The position numbers were made by a program, and so were the translations under genes. 64,000 bases of DNA from Anthoceros angustus (lineage: Eukaryota; Plantae; Anthocerotophyta), in assembly GCA_010909165.1 (NCBI GenBank), contig MU008179.1, positions 868,001 through 932,000 of the forward strand. Direction: 5' to 3'. Positions 33,880 to 47,081 of this stretch are shown piece after piece. The first letter of the stretch is position 1. Each line of letters starts with the position of its first letter. The notes beneath the pieces were generated by a model. It had not been told where the DNA came from. It saw only the letters and a list, made by a program, of their open reading frames with translations, and did no database searches.

Positions 33880-35235
33880 GGAGCATCCAATGTAGAAATT
33901 GCGGGGAGCAAGTTTGCTATATTTCACTTGAACATAATTCAGAAAAGAATTGGAATGAATACAAAATCGTTTGTGTAAACCTGTTTATATACTAAAACCT
34001 ATATCGCTTCACATAACCCTAACTTAACTTAACGACTATTGGCTTTATCTCCAACACTCCCTCTAAAGCAACATTAGGTTATCGGACTAAGGGTCTAGGT
34101 GATGCGTGCCCGTTGCCATGGAACAATGCCATCTGCACAGAACGGAGAGCAAAAAACCAGCCTAAAACCCAGAGACTGAAGATAGGCTTTCTCTCCGCTC
34201 TGTTCCTCGCAGTCGCCACCATCTCCCTCGCCAAAGACCGTCCACTGAACGCGCCTGCTCTGCCCAGAGAACATGCAGAGCGGCAAGACTAATGTGCAAC
34301 CAGCAGAAAAACAGGGGAGAGGAGGGAAACGCAAGGCAGACATGAAGACTGAGGAGGAGGTGGAGTCCAAGCCGCTATGGATAAAGTGCGAGTCGCTGGA
34401 AGACCTATGTCACAGAATGAACAGTCTCCCCAGGAACTTGGGGCCATATCTTGATGAGTGTAGTTAAGGTTAAAGGATTATTAGCTGTTACACTACTGGT
34501 TTGTGCAGTGATGAAGTTTCCCCACGAAGGAGGTAAAGCTCTCAAAAGGTGCATCACTTGTGTTTCATCATCTAGTGTTAGACCTGAGGATATGCAAGAA
34601 TCTAAGGACCCTTGCCATGTCTCTAGAAAATCTAGGACTGAATTTCCTTCTGCCAATTTTAGGGATGATAGTTGTTCCCGGGCGTGCAACTTAAAGGCCA
34701 TGCTGCTTTCTACATAGGTAGATGCCAGTTTATCCCACATTTGTTTTGATGTGGTTAGTCTTTGATTATAGGGATTAATCTATCTCCTACATGCGTGAGT
34801 ATGTCGAACGGGCTTGTGCATCTTTGAGTTGCCAAGGTGTAGGTCACATGACCTGCCGGTCAGGTTCGAGCCTGTTACTACAAGCCATAGGGAATTTCTT
34901 AATAAGAGCACTTCTAGCCTGGCTGCCCATGTGTGATAATTGACACTAGTTAGCTTATCAATCTAATATGCCCTAGAAACGGGCTGTGGTTGATTAGCCA
35001 TTGGGCTAGATCACCAAGATGTTTATGTTTGGAAGTTTATGGTCAATGTTGACTAGAATGTCTGCATTTCCATTTTCTATGTTGAGTAGAATGTCCGAAT
35101 TTCTCGTGAGCATTCGGATGAATTTTGTGTTCTATCCATTGAGTTTTTTGTATAACTGGCACAGAGTCAGAGTCTGTCCAGTCTTGTAATGTATTCCTGG
35201 CATGCTCTAGGATGTATGCTCTGATACCATGAACC
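33880..35235 (-). mobile_element. Non-autonomous Copia-type derivative: PBS, gag fragment, PPT and a 3' LTR start
   Basis: PBS TGGTATCAGAGC at 35229-35218 (minus). Gag/UBN2-like ORF 34405-34740 (WDKLASTY...LSSLKLAEGNSV...QVMHLLRALPPSW). PPT AGAGGGAG followed by TGTTGG at 34056. No pol region. The left boundary is approximate. Confidence 0.65.
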
Positions 35236-35469
35236 AAAGCGATCTAGACCAGACACACGACACACACATAGAAAAGAACAACGAGTAGTATGTTTTCATT
35301 ATGAGCCTGAAAAGGCATTACACAAGAGCAGAACCAAGAGTCACGTCTGTTCATATAGCGTCCTTAAACAAAAGGAGAAACGAGCTTCACGTAAAACGTA
35401 ACCAGTTTCACACAGGGAGAGCACAAGGGAACACAGGGGAAGAGCAGACCTGGGGGGTTGGTGCAGGCA

Positions 35470-35905
35470 CTTACGCACAGCTGCGGACTGGAAACACGGC
35501 TGCGCTCGCTCCCCCTCGCCGCGGCCGCGCAAAGCAGGCGGTCCCGGACCTTGATGAGGTGGTCCTTGTCCGCGTTGTTTGTGTCCGCGACGTCGAAAGC
35601 CACCAGCTTACTCTCACACCCGTCACCACAAGGACTAGAGTATAGCACCACCACCTTGCCCTGGACCAGCACCGGGGACGCCGCCATGATGGAATCGTGT
35701 TTCATGTCCTCGGGAACCTGCAGAAACGTGACGCCCCAGCGGCCAAACCTGCTGCGATACAGAGCACACTTGGGGCGACGATTGTCCATCCAGAACACTC
35801 CCACCTGAAACTCGCACGCAGATCTGGATCGCCCTGCAACACCGGATCCATCCCCCGAGCTCGAGGCGCCCGAGCCGCTCGATCCTGGATTGGAAGACCA
35901 CGTTT
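35470..35905 (-). pseudogene. Possible F-box-associated (interaction) domain gene fragment
   Basis: Segment FQVGVFWMDNRR...LYRSRFGRW...ASPVLVQGKVVVLY...KLVAFDV resembles plant F-box-associated beta-propeller blades. It ends at a GTAAGT donor. No F-box motif or start exon is visible. Confidence 0.35.
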
Positions 35906-36056
35906 TTCTGTGCTTTGTCTGAAGATCTGAATCCCACCCAGTCCCATACACTTTTGCAACTGGTAATTCCGAGCGGCTGGTAGCACCACATCAAATTTCG
36001 CAGTGTGTTGTTGATGAGTGATGTGTGAATGTGGCAATGGATGGTGCGTGTGACAG

Positions 36057-36829
36057 ACCCCTGCACCAAGTACCCGTCTCTGTGCAAGGACCCGGTGCTC
36101 AAGACCCCCGGAGGCCAGCAGTTCTATTTCCACGGCCACAAGGACGCCGACTTCTGCCTCGTGTCCGATGCCGACATCCATGTGAACGCCCACTTCATCG
36201 GCCTCCGCAGGCCCGACATGGCCCGCGACTTCACCTGGGTCCAGGCTCTGGGACTGCAGTTCGGCGCACACCAGCTGTACATCGGAGCCAACAAGGTGGC
36301 GCAGTGGGACGACGCTAAAGACCAGCTGGCCATCACCTACGACTCCACCCCGATCGTCCTCCCCGCCGGTGGGGGAGCTGTGTGGCAGTCTCCCGCCAGC
36401 GGCATTACCGTTGAGCGCCTGCTTGCCACCAACCTGGTCAAGATCGTAGTGGACGGAGTTGTGGAGATGCTGATGAAGGTTGTGCCAGTTTCTCAGGAGG
36501 AAAACCGGGCGCACAACTACGGTGTGGACTACAGCACCAACTGGATGGCCCATTTGGACGTGAGCTTCAAGTTGGCCAGCCTCACCAGCAACGTGCACGG
36601 CGTGCTGGGACAGACTTATGCCCTGGGCTTCAAGCTGGTGGAGAAGCTCCCCGGCCAGCTGATGCACACCATGAGGGGTGACGACAATTTCCTGGCCTCC
36701 TCCATCTTCTCGGCCGATTGCTCCGTGAGCAGGTTCGGAGGTGCAGCTGGAGACATTATTGCAAACCTCGCTGCGCTGCAATGTGGGCCTGCCAAATCTG
36801 GCACCTCTGGCATGGTCTGCAGGCGCTGA
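36057..36829 (+). CDS. Root cap / LEA-related protein (Root_cap domain), copy 1; 5' signal-peptide exon not identified
   Basis: QFYFHGHKDADFCLVSDADIHVNAHFIG...RDFTWVQALG...WDDAKDQL...HLDVSFK...VHGVLGQTY...GMVCRR-stop. The splice acceptor ends just before 36057. Confidence 0.85.
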
Positions 36830-37882
36830 GACGCAAGATGCAAGACGCTGCAACTCTGTTTGCGTTCCTGGTGTACAGTTTCGAGTTGTGAATTTTGGTT
36901 CAAGACGCAAGTCTTGTTCGAGTCATGATCAGTGGCACTGGCTGTACGCGGTTGACAAGCAGCCATCCTATTCGTTCTCTCTGTATTGATTTTGGAAGGA
37001 CACGAACCAGTCCTGCCAGTGGATTCATTTCAATGCATGCCTTCATTCGTTCCACAAAATGTCGCGACTTTGTCTGTGAATGAAAATTCATGGTTTCTAA
37101 GCAATCACATACAAGATCTTGGCCACCGCGAGCGCACGACTACAACATGTACATTGTATTCAAATGGAAGCAGACCGCCAGGGCCTTACCTTGTCGCAGT
37201 TGGCACAGCCCTAAAACGAGGGACTAAGCCCTTATAGGCGAGATACATTTGCTTTGGAATCGCGATAAAAGATATATTTGCCTTGCCGCCGAGAAGTCAT
37301 GAGTCCTGGCTAGAGTCCTGCATGCGTCATGAAGTACTGAAATGATCCATGAAGCATTGCGAATCCGTTATTAATTGGTAGGGCATTGAGCCGCCAGGGA
37401 TCGCAATTTGAGACTTGAGAGCCTTGCGTAGTGTGTGCCAGTGTGGCGTGTGAGTAGGGAAAGCCTTGTGTAGTGCGTGAGTGAAGGCCGAGGGGAGGAA
37501 GGGTGGAACATCGAGAGAGAGTCCCTGGGCCTGTCCCTGCCATGGGAGAATCGAGAGTGGATGAGAGTGAACTTGTCCCCGGAGCTTGCCCTAGGCTGCC
37601 GGGGCCTTGGTAATTTGTTCTCGCCTCTTGATTGCTCACCGACAACGCAACTCTTGTTCAACGAATTCTTGTCTGCAGGCTAGCCTAAGTATATTCACTC
37701 TTGTAGGTTGTCCAAGACGCAAAGTCTCCAATTCATTCAGTTTAGATTCATTTTTCCCGACACAAACTTGTCTTAGTTCTCTGAGCACATGTGTGGTGCA
37801 AGTCCGAATTCTCGGTGTTAAGGCGTGAATTCATGTCTCAGATTGTACCACTAGCTCTCCTGCATCTTAACAATGAAGTTAA

Positions 37883-40800
37883 TGCTAGAAAACAAGAATT
37901 CCTGTGTTCAAGACATTAGAAATGGTGTGCTATGCATACATATATAGCCTTTGGCCTTGTCATACTCTCGATAGTATGAAACCCTATCTCGCCTCCCGGG
38001 ATAATCCTATATACTTCTAGGACTTATACTCATAACTCTAATATGTGATGTGTTGCACCAATCCTATAGATTTCTAACACTCCCACCAACACATCGCTAC
38101 TCTTTTAAGCCTAACATCTTGCTAAACTTAACGCTTTCTAAAGTCAACCTTTGGTCAAAACATCCGCAGCATGTCCGCAGTGGGACAATACGCTAGCTCT
38201 ATCTCCTTGGATTGAACTTTCTCTAATGAAGTGATGCTTTACTTCAATGTGTTTCGCCCTCACGCGTGAAAAGTAGCATTCTTTGCTAAGTAAATGCAAC
38301 CTTGATTGTCGTTGAAGATGGTTGTTGCACCCTTCCGCTTAAATCCCATTTCTTCGAGCAATCGTCGAGCCATATTGCTTCCATTGTTGCAGATATTGCC
38401 ATGTACTCCGCTCAGAGGATAAGCTACAAGAGGGTCGACGCCTACTACTCCATGAAATGGCTCCCCAAATAGCATAAATACATATCGTGGTAGACTTATG
38501 CCATCGACATCTCCAGAATCAATCACAAAATCCAACCACCGGCCTTCATGTCGATCCTTTTGGTATTGCAACTTCCAATGTTTTGTGCCGCAAGTATCTC
38601 GAATATCCTCTTGATCGCTTGATAATGTCGTTGTCCGTGGTTGGCCAAGAATCGACTCACAACTCCCACTGCAATGCCTGCCTTGTCCTCACAACATGTA
38701 AGACAGCCAACGCACGTTGATAGAGAGTCTTATCTATCTTCTCTTTCTCCTTTTCTTGTAGGGCTCATGCTTCCATCACCTTGCGCTTAATCTTGAATGT
38801 CCACTTGATCCTATGCTCTTCCTTCCGTGAGGTAGAGGAGTGATTGCCCAAGTTTTGTTCTTGAGAAGAGAGTTATACTCACCGTCCACGGCTTCTTTCC
38901 ACTCCTTTGCCTTTTGGTCCTTCCAATGCTTCCTTAGGCTTTGTGGTTCGCATCCGCCAACCATGCCTCCTCATACACACATGCATTCATGGATTCCAAG
39001 ATCTTCGTGAAGGTTTCCATTGTCTCGTTGATCTTCTCAAGATTGGTTGTCTCTCTCGAATACTTGAGCTTCCTCTTCTTTCAATTACGACAATGCTTTG
39101 ATCTTCATCTACTTCTCCAATCGCGACATCGAATTTCTCCCCTCTATGTCGCATTGTTGAGAAGGTTCGTTGGGCTCGAGCAGTTGCTCAAGAGTGTCAT
39201 CATAGTCGAATCCTCATCGTGGTCGCCAACATACGCGTGGATCCTTCATGATAACCGGGGTTGGAGCTCCCACTCCTTTGATGGGTTCCACAACCTCATT
39301 AAATACAACATCTCGCTAAAATGATCTTCTTCCTTGAAAGATCATACAACCGTAGCCCTTAATCTCGAGAGTATCCAAGCATAAGGCACTTCACGCCTTT
39401 TGGATCCCATTTTGTTCGGGTTTGCTTGAACGTGAGCATAAACCATCGAACCAAAGATCCTCAAATGGCTTATGTCGGGCTTGACGCTGCACCACGCTCC
39501 CGGGTCATTCCAACAATAGCTTTGGTTGGAACTCGATTCAAAACAGGTTCTGTAAATGACCTCACCCCAAAACGTACTTCCAAGCCACTATGATGTAACA
39601 TGCATTTAGCCGCCCACCAGACTCCTAAGTTTGCGCTCCGCCACTCCATTTTGCTCCGTGTGTGAGGGATGGTTAGTTGCCTTCCAATTCCATGCTCCTT
39701 GCAAAAGCGTTGGAAGTTAGTGGAGATGTATTCACCTCCGTTGTCACCACGCAAAGTCTTCGACGTTGTCCACTTCGTTCTCCACCATGGCTTTCCATTC
39801 CTTGAAGAGTGTAAATACCGGGATTTCTCCTTCATAAGATATGTCCAGTCTTCCTAGTGAAATCATCCACAAACACCGAATGTAGCGGGCTCCGCCATGA
39901 GTGGGATTTTTCATTGGACCACACACATCCGTGTGTACCAACTCTAGCGCCATCTTTGCTCGTCGCACTGCAATCCTTGGGAACTTAGTTCGGTGTAGCT
40001 TTCCCATTATGCACCCTTGGCATAATTTCGGCTCGCCCACTTCTTTCAAATCCAAGCCTGTAACCATATGTTGGTTCTTCATCAACCTGATATTGTCCAC
40101 ACCAATGTGCCCTAGACGTTGATGTCATAAATCAATAGATCCAATGCTATTTTTGAATCGTCCATAAAGGTGCAAGCTTGCCTTCCTGAAGCACACAACT
40201 TGTACAAATTTCCTATTCGGACGCCTAGCAATCACTTTAGCATTCGATAACTCAGTGCTCGGATTGGATCCAAATCCTTTGAATTGAACACAACCTCATG
40301 ACTGTGATCGGCAATTTTTATGCAAAAGAAGATTCCTCGCAAGATGAGGCACATGATGCACGCCTTAATACTCAGAGACGTCCTCCGGAAGATGGACTCG
40401 TAACACTCCTCTTCCCTTGATGTCATGTGACCTATTGTCACCAAGCGCCACCGTATGCCCCTCCGCAATACCTCGTAGCTTGAGAACCAAGGAAGGTTAT
40501 AATCGAAATCTTTGGGATGCACCGAGTCAAGGTACAAACTCTCATCCTTCTTTGATGAAGTCGCTTGATCTCTTTCGGTGAAGCACGCCAAGATGTGTTC
40601 TTGGTCCTTCTCACGACTTGATTAGCTTGGGATGATTTCCTTCTTCAAGTCTCGCCAATCTTATTTTACAGTTTGCGTGGTGATTGGGCTTCCCGCAGAA
40701 TAACAAAAGCCTTTCACCTTTCTCTTTGCATCTATCCTTTGTCCCTTCTAGAGACTTGGCTTGCGAGGTCTTCCACCGTGATGTGCCCTTCTTGGAGAAG

Positions 40801-41765
40801 AGTGCCAAGCCTTCGTTGTGTCCGGAAAGAACCATCAAGCTCCTCTTGTAGGAGTAATCTAACCACCTCATCAAAGGTTGGTTGATTGTCACTTGACGCA
40901 TCGCTACGGATGCCCTATAAGACAATAAAATTGCCTACATGATGGTGGCAAACTACGGACAGTGATCACCTTACCCTCAAGGTTTGATCTCGCCTCCCTC
41001 ATTTGATCAACCAAGCTTTTCAACTTGTTGACATGTTGTTGAACTGTCGCCTCAACCATCTTGAAGTTGGAGAATTGACTTTCCAGCAGATTTCGCTCAC
41101 AATGCTCTTCTTCTCATACGTTGTGCAAAGAATTTTCCATGCATCCTGCGAAGAGACACACTCGCTCAATTGTGAGAGAATGTCATCTGACACATTCAGG
41201 ATAATATTAGCCAAGGCTTTCGCATCCTTGTCTATATCCTTTTCAGAAGCGCCATCTGGAAGTCCATTTTCCACAAACTTCCACAATCCTCTGTCAATGA
41301 GAAGAGATTTTAGCTTCAACTTCCATAATGTGAAGTTCCTGCCATCAAACTTCTCCACTTGACGCGTAGTCTCCATATGCACACCTCTGAAAGCTATGCA
41401 AAGACAAGACAAAAGTTCCTCGCACCAAAACTACTACCAAGCTTCACAAATTGCAAACGAGCCAGACACTTAGTGCATAACTACAAACAATGCAATAGAA
41501 GACAAGTGGCAAGAGTCCCACACAGGGTGGTGCAGAGTACTTTACGCATCTCCGAACCATGCTCGATACCATGTTAGAAAGCAAGAATTCCTGTTGATTA
41601 CATTAGAAATGGTGTGCTATGCATACATATATAGCCTTTGGCCTTGTCATACTCTCGATAGTATGAAACCCTATCTCGCTCCTGGGATAATCCTATATAC
41701 TTCTAGGACTTATACTCATAACTCTAATATGTGATGTGTTGCACCAATCCTATAGATTTCTAACA
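37883..41765 (-). mobile_element. Ty1/Copia LTR retrotransposon, degenerate, with most of RT deleted
   Basis: Near-identical LTRs at 37883-38079 and 41572-41765 (TG...CA). Flanks GTTAA/GTTAC are a 4/5 match to a target-site duplication. PBS TGGTATCGAGC lies next to the 41572 LTR and a PPT-like GTTGGTGGGAG next to 38079. Coding remnants: gag (VEKFDGRNFTLWKLK), zinc knuckle, integrase (LVHTDVCGP, LRGDNGGEY), RT start (WKEAVDGEYNSLLKNKTW) and RNase H (IFNDNQGCIYLAKN). Confidence 0.93.
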
Positions 41766-42790
41766 GTTACATACATCAACCTGCCTAGGCCGTAACAAAA
41801 ACAAATTGTGTGCTTTCTGCTTCTGTAATTTGCGAGCATATCTGACAAAGGAAAAAATTGAAGGAAGGTAGCATGCAGCCAAATTGGAGCAGTTAGGGGG
41901 AGCCGATGATCGATCCAAGGCGGATATATATGGAGTGTGTCTCCGAAGACAGCAGCTATTGCGCATGCCAGCCCCAGGGTCAAGCCCCCAAGATGTCGGG
42001 ATATCTAGTGTTCAGCCTGACACTGTAGGGCTACCAACTACACAGTTCCGCAAGTCAGGACTATTTTACGGTAGGTAGGTTTACTCTGTCAGTGAACGCG
42101 TGCTTTCCCTGGCCTCAAAGCGCTACACGACACCGCAAAACAGGTGAAGTCGATCGGATTAGCGTTTCCGTAGCCAGCTTGATGTGCTGGAGCCTGATGG
42201 CAGGCCCGCTATTCCAGTACAGTTTGCATCCACAAGGTTGGTGATGAGACGGTACCTCGATTATCAAGGGACCAATGTACGTGTTACAACAAGCGTGAGT
42301 GTGCTGAGCGCCGATTTGCAAGTGGACTATCACCACACCGCACCTGTTGCTCAAGACTCCCAATAGTCTTTTGGATGTACTAGTACATAATAGCAACGTA
42401 CGGGACTAGTTCGCATAGCTAGCGAGTGTGCCTAAAAAAGGTATGGCGAGCGTACGTAAATTACGAAGGACGGGCCACTCGTGTGCGAGCTAACAGTGTT
42501 GTGTCACAGAAGGCAAATATGTAGAGCGGTATTCGAGGAGACCGCCCCGATCCAAGACAATCCAAATCCACTCCAGCCTGTTGGCGTCGGGAATGCCCTT
42601 TTTTTTCTCGTGGTGGAGTTTGGCTCGGCGTCCATGGATCGATCGGGGGATGTCATTGCAGCAAGCTACATAATCCTGGAGCCCAAACACATTGGTCACA
42701 GCAGTGGCGAGTACTAGTGCTGTTCTCGCATTCAGTATTCAACACCGGTAGGTAGCTCGCTGCCAAGGTTGCTTCCAAGGATTCTTTGCC

Positions 42791-44146
42791 ATGGCGGCAT
42801 CCATGAGGGTAGCACTGCTTGTAGCACTTCTGGTGGCCTTGCTGGCCGTACAGGCAATCGCCAAGGGCGACAGCAAGAAGGGAAGTGAGGAGCAGGGAGG
42901 AGGAGACACGAGCAAGAAGGGAAGTGAGGAGCAGGGAGGAGGAGACACGAGCAAGAAGGGAAGTGAGGAGCAGGGAGGAGGAGACACGAGCAAGAAGGGA
43001 AGTGAGGAGCAGGGAGGAGGAGACACGGGCAAGAAGGGAAGTGAGGAGCAGGGAGGAGGAGACACGAGCAAGAAGGGAAATGACGAGCAGGGAGGAGAAG
43101 ATACCAGCAAGAAGGGAAGTGATGAGCACGGAGAAGGAGACACGAGCAAGAAGGGAGATGACGAGCACGGAGGAGGTGAGTTTGAATCTTTGAATCAAGA
43201 GTTTGACACGCAGACGGGATGGATCGATGCCGGCGACTAGTACCTGCTGCTGCATGATCGACGAGGATGCAATATTGATTGATGTGCTGCTGGCTGGCAA
43301 ATTGCAATTGCAAGCGATCAATCTGTTAACAGTACATGGTGTGACTACTACTGGTGACAGGAACCGGAACCGGTAACCCTGCGACCACTACGTATCCGTG
43401 TGCCACGACCCGGTGCTCAAGACCCCGGAGGCCAGCGCTTCTATTTCCACGGCCACAAGGATGCCGACTTCTGCCTCGTGTCCGATGCCGACATCCATGT
43501 GAACGCCCACTTCATCGGCCTGCGCAGACCCGACTTGGGCCGTGATTTCACCTGGGTCCAGGCTTTGGGAGTGCGGTTTGGCGCACACCAGCTCTACGTC
43601 GGAGCCAAGAAGGTGTCGCAGTGGGACGACGCCCAAGACCAGCTGGTCCTCACCTTCGACTCCGCTCCCATCGTCCTCCCTGACGGAGCGGGAGCCGTGT
43701 GGCGGTCGCCCGCCAACGGTATCACCGTGGAGCGCATGCGTGCCACCAACCTCGTCAAGATTGCAGTGGAAGGAGTTGTGCAGATGTTGGTCAAGGTTGT
43801 GCCTGTTTCCCAGGAGGAGAACAGGGCGCACAACTACGGTGTGGACTACAGCACCAACTGGATGGCCCATTTGGACGTGAGCTTCAAGTTCGCCAAGCTC
43901 ACCAGCAACGTTCACGGTGTCCTGGGACAGACCTATGCCCCCGGCTTCAAGCTGCAGGAGAAGCTCCCCGGTCAGCTCATGCCCATCATGAGGGGTGATG
44001 ACAACTTCCTGGCCTCCTCCATCTTCTCCGCCGACTGCTCGGTGAACAGGTTCGGGGGTGCTGCTGGGGACATCATTTCCAACCTGGCTGAGCTGCAATG
44101 TGGCCCTGCCAAATCTGGCACCTCTGGCATGGTGTGTCGCCGTTAG
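42791..44146 (+). CDS. Root cap / LEA-related protein, copy 2: signal peptide, charged Gly-rich 13-aa repeats and Root_cap domain
   Basis: Exon 1 MAASMRVALLVALLVALLAVQAIA followed by (KKGSEEQGGGDTS)n, with a GTGAGT donor near 43177. Exon 2 begins near 43360 and is near-identical to copy 1. Two 1-bp C-run shortenings relative to copy 1 break the frame at the start of exon 2. Confidence 0.8.
42871..43176 (+). repeat. 39-bp coding tandem repeat, about 8 copies
   Basis: Unit AGCAAGAAGGGAAGTGAGGAGCAGGGAGGAGGAGACACG. Confidence 0.92.
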
Positions 44147-44524
44147 GCGCTAGGCCTAGGTTAGCCATCGCTAGCCTGTTAGCTATAGGGGACATGCATC
44201 GGGCCCCTTAACAATTGTTCAGCATCAGGCTCTATCTTGAGATACCATTCAGGACATAAGCCTTGATATGTTGCTGCATTATTGTTGTCTTTTCATTCCT
44301 CAAGACGTAAGTCTTGTTCATTACCCCACCTACCTGATTTTTGCACACATCTAGAGTTGCCACAGTTTCTTCTCCAATTTTAAGTCCCTTCAACACGGCC
44401 TGAGCATCCTGCCACGCCTTCCATACATGTTTACCGAGAGCGCTTCACTACCAAGCCCCCGTCCTCTAATCTCTTTAATGTATTCATTAATATTAGCTGC
44501 GGATTCCCCTTCTCCATCGCAAGG

Positions 44525-44741
44525 AGTGCTGAGATTGGCAGGGGTCCTTCGCTTCCTCCTCAAGCCCCCACCATATTATCCATGCTGCTAGGTTTGTACT
44601 TCATCACTAACAAAGAGCTGAATATGGAAGTGCACGACTGCCCGTGCACTGGAGGTCGAGGAATTTCATTTTGCCTTATCCTTAACATCACGGACAAAGG
44701 GCGAGCTTTCTTTCAGATGCACTTTCTCGATTAGGAGCCAA
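44525..44741. repeat. Dispersed ~200-bp repeat, copy 2; first copy at 25485-25678
   Basis: Same shared blocks as copy 1, with an extra ~25-bp insertion near the right end. Confidence 0.8.
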
Positions 44742-45008
44742 TATCATACCATACAATATCATATGGAAGGGAACTATATATTGTGCTCTTAGTTCCCGTT
44801 GCTAAATGCAACTGGAAGGAGGTTAGAATACAAGGTAATAAAGATTAAAATATAATATATACTATTTTTTATATTAACTAACATACTAGTCTAGTGCATG
44901 TGATCTTGGCTTTTCAGTATGCATTATAATTGGTTTTCATTTTCTACTGATGTAAGTTAGTCCTTCAAACTATTTGAAAATGAATGAATAAAATATTTAA
45001 ATTATTAT

Positions 45009-46430
45009 CACTACAAAATAAACATGACTTAGTTCACTCGCAAAACATTCATATCAATAAAATATAAGAGGAGAAGAAATCTTGTGTTCCTTCTTTTTCT
45101 TTGTCCATGATATAATCTTGACCTTAAAAAACAATGAAAGTTGTAAATTTGAGTCTCTTCACTTTGCCAAGTTCCATACCGTAACGACTTATTCTCTAGG
45201 TGTATTATCATCCCACTAAAATATAAGTGCATCGTTTCTTTTATACACCAAATATATCTCAGATCTCTCGCTCTAGGTGTAAAATCATCCCACTAAAATA
45301 TAAGTGCATTATTTCTATTACACACCAAACATATCTCATAGGCTTTTACACACCAAATATATCTCAGATCTCTCGCTCTAGGTGTAATATCATCCCACTA
45401 AAATATAAGTGCATTATTTCTATTACACACCAAACATATCTCATAGGTATCGCCCTCATCAGCTAGTTGATGGAAATATACACTACCTGACAAATTGGAG
45501 TTATTTCATTGACTCGTTGTTTAGGTGTAATATCATCCCACTAAAATATAAGTGCATCATTTCTTTTGCACATCACATATATCGCATACCTCTCAATCGG
45601 ACTAGCTAGTTGATGGAAATATACACTACCTAACAAATTGGAGTTATTTCATTGACTAGAGTTGGGTGCGGGGTAGCTCGGTACAAGTTTGGTTCTATAA
45701 AAAAAAGCACAAGAAGGTATACCAATTCGTCTGAAGATTTTAGAAATGTTGTGGAGGAATTGAAAAAAATCGTGCCCATACGTCAAATTGAAAAGGAGGA
45801 TTTATGTAAAGCTTTGGCAACCCTCAAGATGTGTTTCATGAAGTAGCCAAAAAACAATGTAGGGCTTTGATATCAAGATAGAGTATCTAAGTAGCTAATT
45901 ATAGAATATGTAAGTAGCTAATATACATTGCTTATTATTGTATCTAAGTAGCTAATTACTCTAATTTAGCTCTACATTGTACACTATATTAAATTTACTC
46001 TACATCCCATAAATTTTAGAATTTAAAAACATAAAAATGTGACTTGCTAGACTTGGTACATTATTGCTTGAGGGCCAACCCTTCGTAAATGCCGCTCCCT
46101 AAAATTCATCGGGGGTTTAATGTTTGGTTGCCTTCATGTGGTGGGGCCTACCATCTTGTCTTGACTTGCGACCCGGAGCACGAGCCGGGAGCCGGGTGAG
46201 TGCACCATGTGAACACATGGAAACATATGTGACCGTTGCGAACACATGGGCACATGCATGAGAACGGGATAGCCATTCGGCACATCATGCACACATATGA
46301 GAACGGGGACGCATTCCATCCCACTAAAATATAAGTGCATCATTTCTTTTACACATCACATATATCTCATACCTCTCAATCCGACTAGCTAGTTGATGGA
46401 AATATACACTACCTAACAAATCGGAATTAT
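45009..46430. repeat. AT-rich, internally repetitive probable DNA-transposon remnant with a CACTA-like start
   Basis: CACTACAAAATAAAC at 45009. CATCCCACTAAAATATAAGTGCAT occurs 5 times (~45208, 45285, 45390, 45533, 46318) and CTAGTTGATGGAAATATACACTACCT occurs 3 times. Confidence 0.6.
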
Positions 46431-47081
46431 TTTATTTACACGGCTTTATACACAAATGAGTGAATTATATTTAATGCTCAGTTAATTATAAATCACTTCA
46501 AATCTTTGTTTTCAATTGGGATAAGTAAGCTCAGCATCCCTCACATAAGAATACCACATATGAGTCTTCCTCGTTACCAACTCCAATGTCCAAGAAGATA
46601 GGCAAACCGAGGTTGCCCATGACTTTGGCTCCAATAATCATATGGGAAAACGACACACAAAGTGAAGTCGGTGCGGCCAGCAAGTGAGACGACTTCAAGT
46701 AGCAAGGAGAAGGAGAGAAAGGGGTGGAAATCATTTTGCAAAAAAAAAAAATAGATTTCATTTTGGGAGTATTATATTTTTTTATATTACCTTTATTGTG
46801 ATTGGATAAATATCCCTTATGGTCGTCGATCCAACTTCGATCTTTTAGTGATTAGTTCATGATTGTTATCTCTTGTGCAGCCTACTAAAGCATACTGCCT
46901 CTAAAGCAGCGCCTTTATTACAACCCGTAGGCTGGCCCTACTGCTAGCTACCTACACACGCGGCAGGAATACCGGATCCCTTACACGTGGCTACCTTCGC
47001 CTACGGCAATTGGGCTGCTGATCCCGGCTAACTCTCCCGTCTGGCAACCCAATCCCTAGCCCTGGCGCCGGTGGGGTGCCC

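Noticed and set aside
34830-34885. tRNA/SINE-like T-loop (CAGGTTCGAGCCTG)
   Set aside because: No complete cloverleaf, acceptor stem or convincing A box could be built; it lies in a retroelement leader.
35702-36910. 402-aa minus-strand ORF and similar long antisense ORFs (5243-6322, 21049-21753, 43388-44098)
   Set aside because: These are shadow ORFs opposite GC3-rich real genes, with no recognisable motifs.
29897-45020. Pairing the TGTAGTG at 29903 with the CACTAC at 45009 as one CACTA element
   Set aside because: The termini face away from each other, so they cannot bound a single element.
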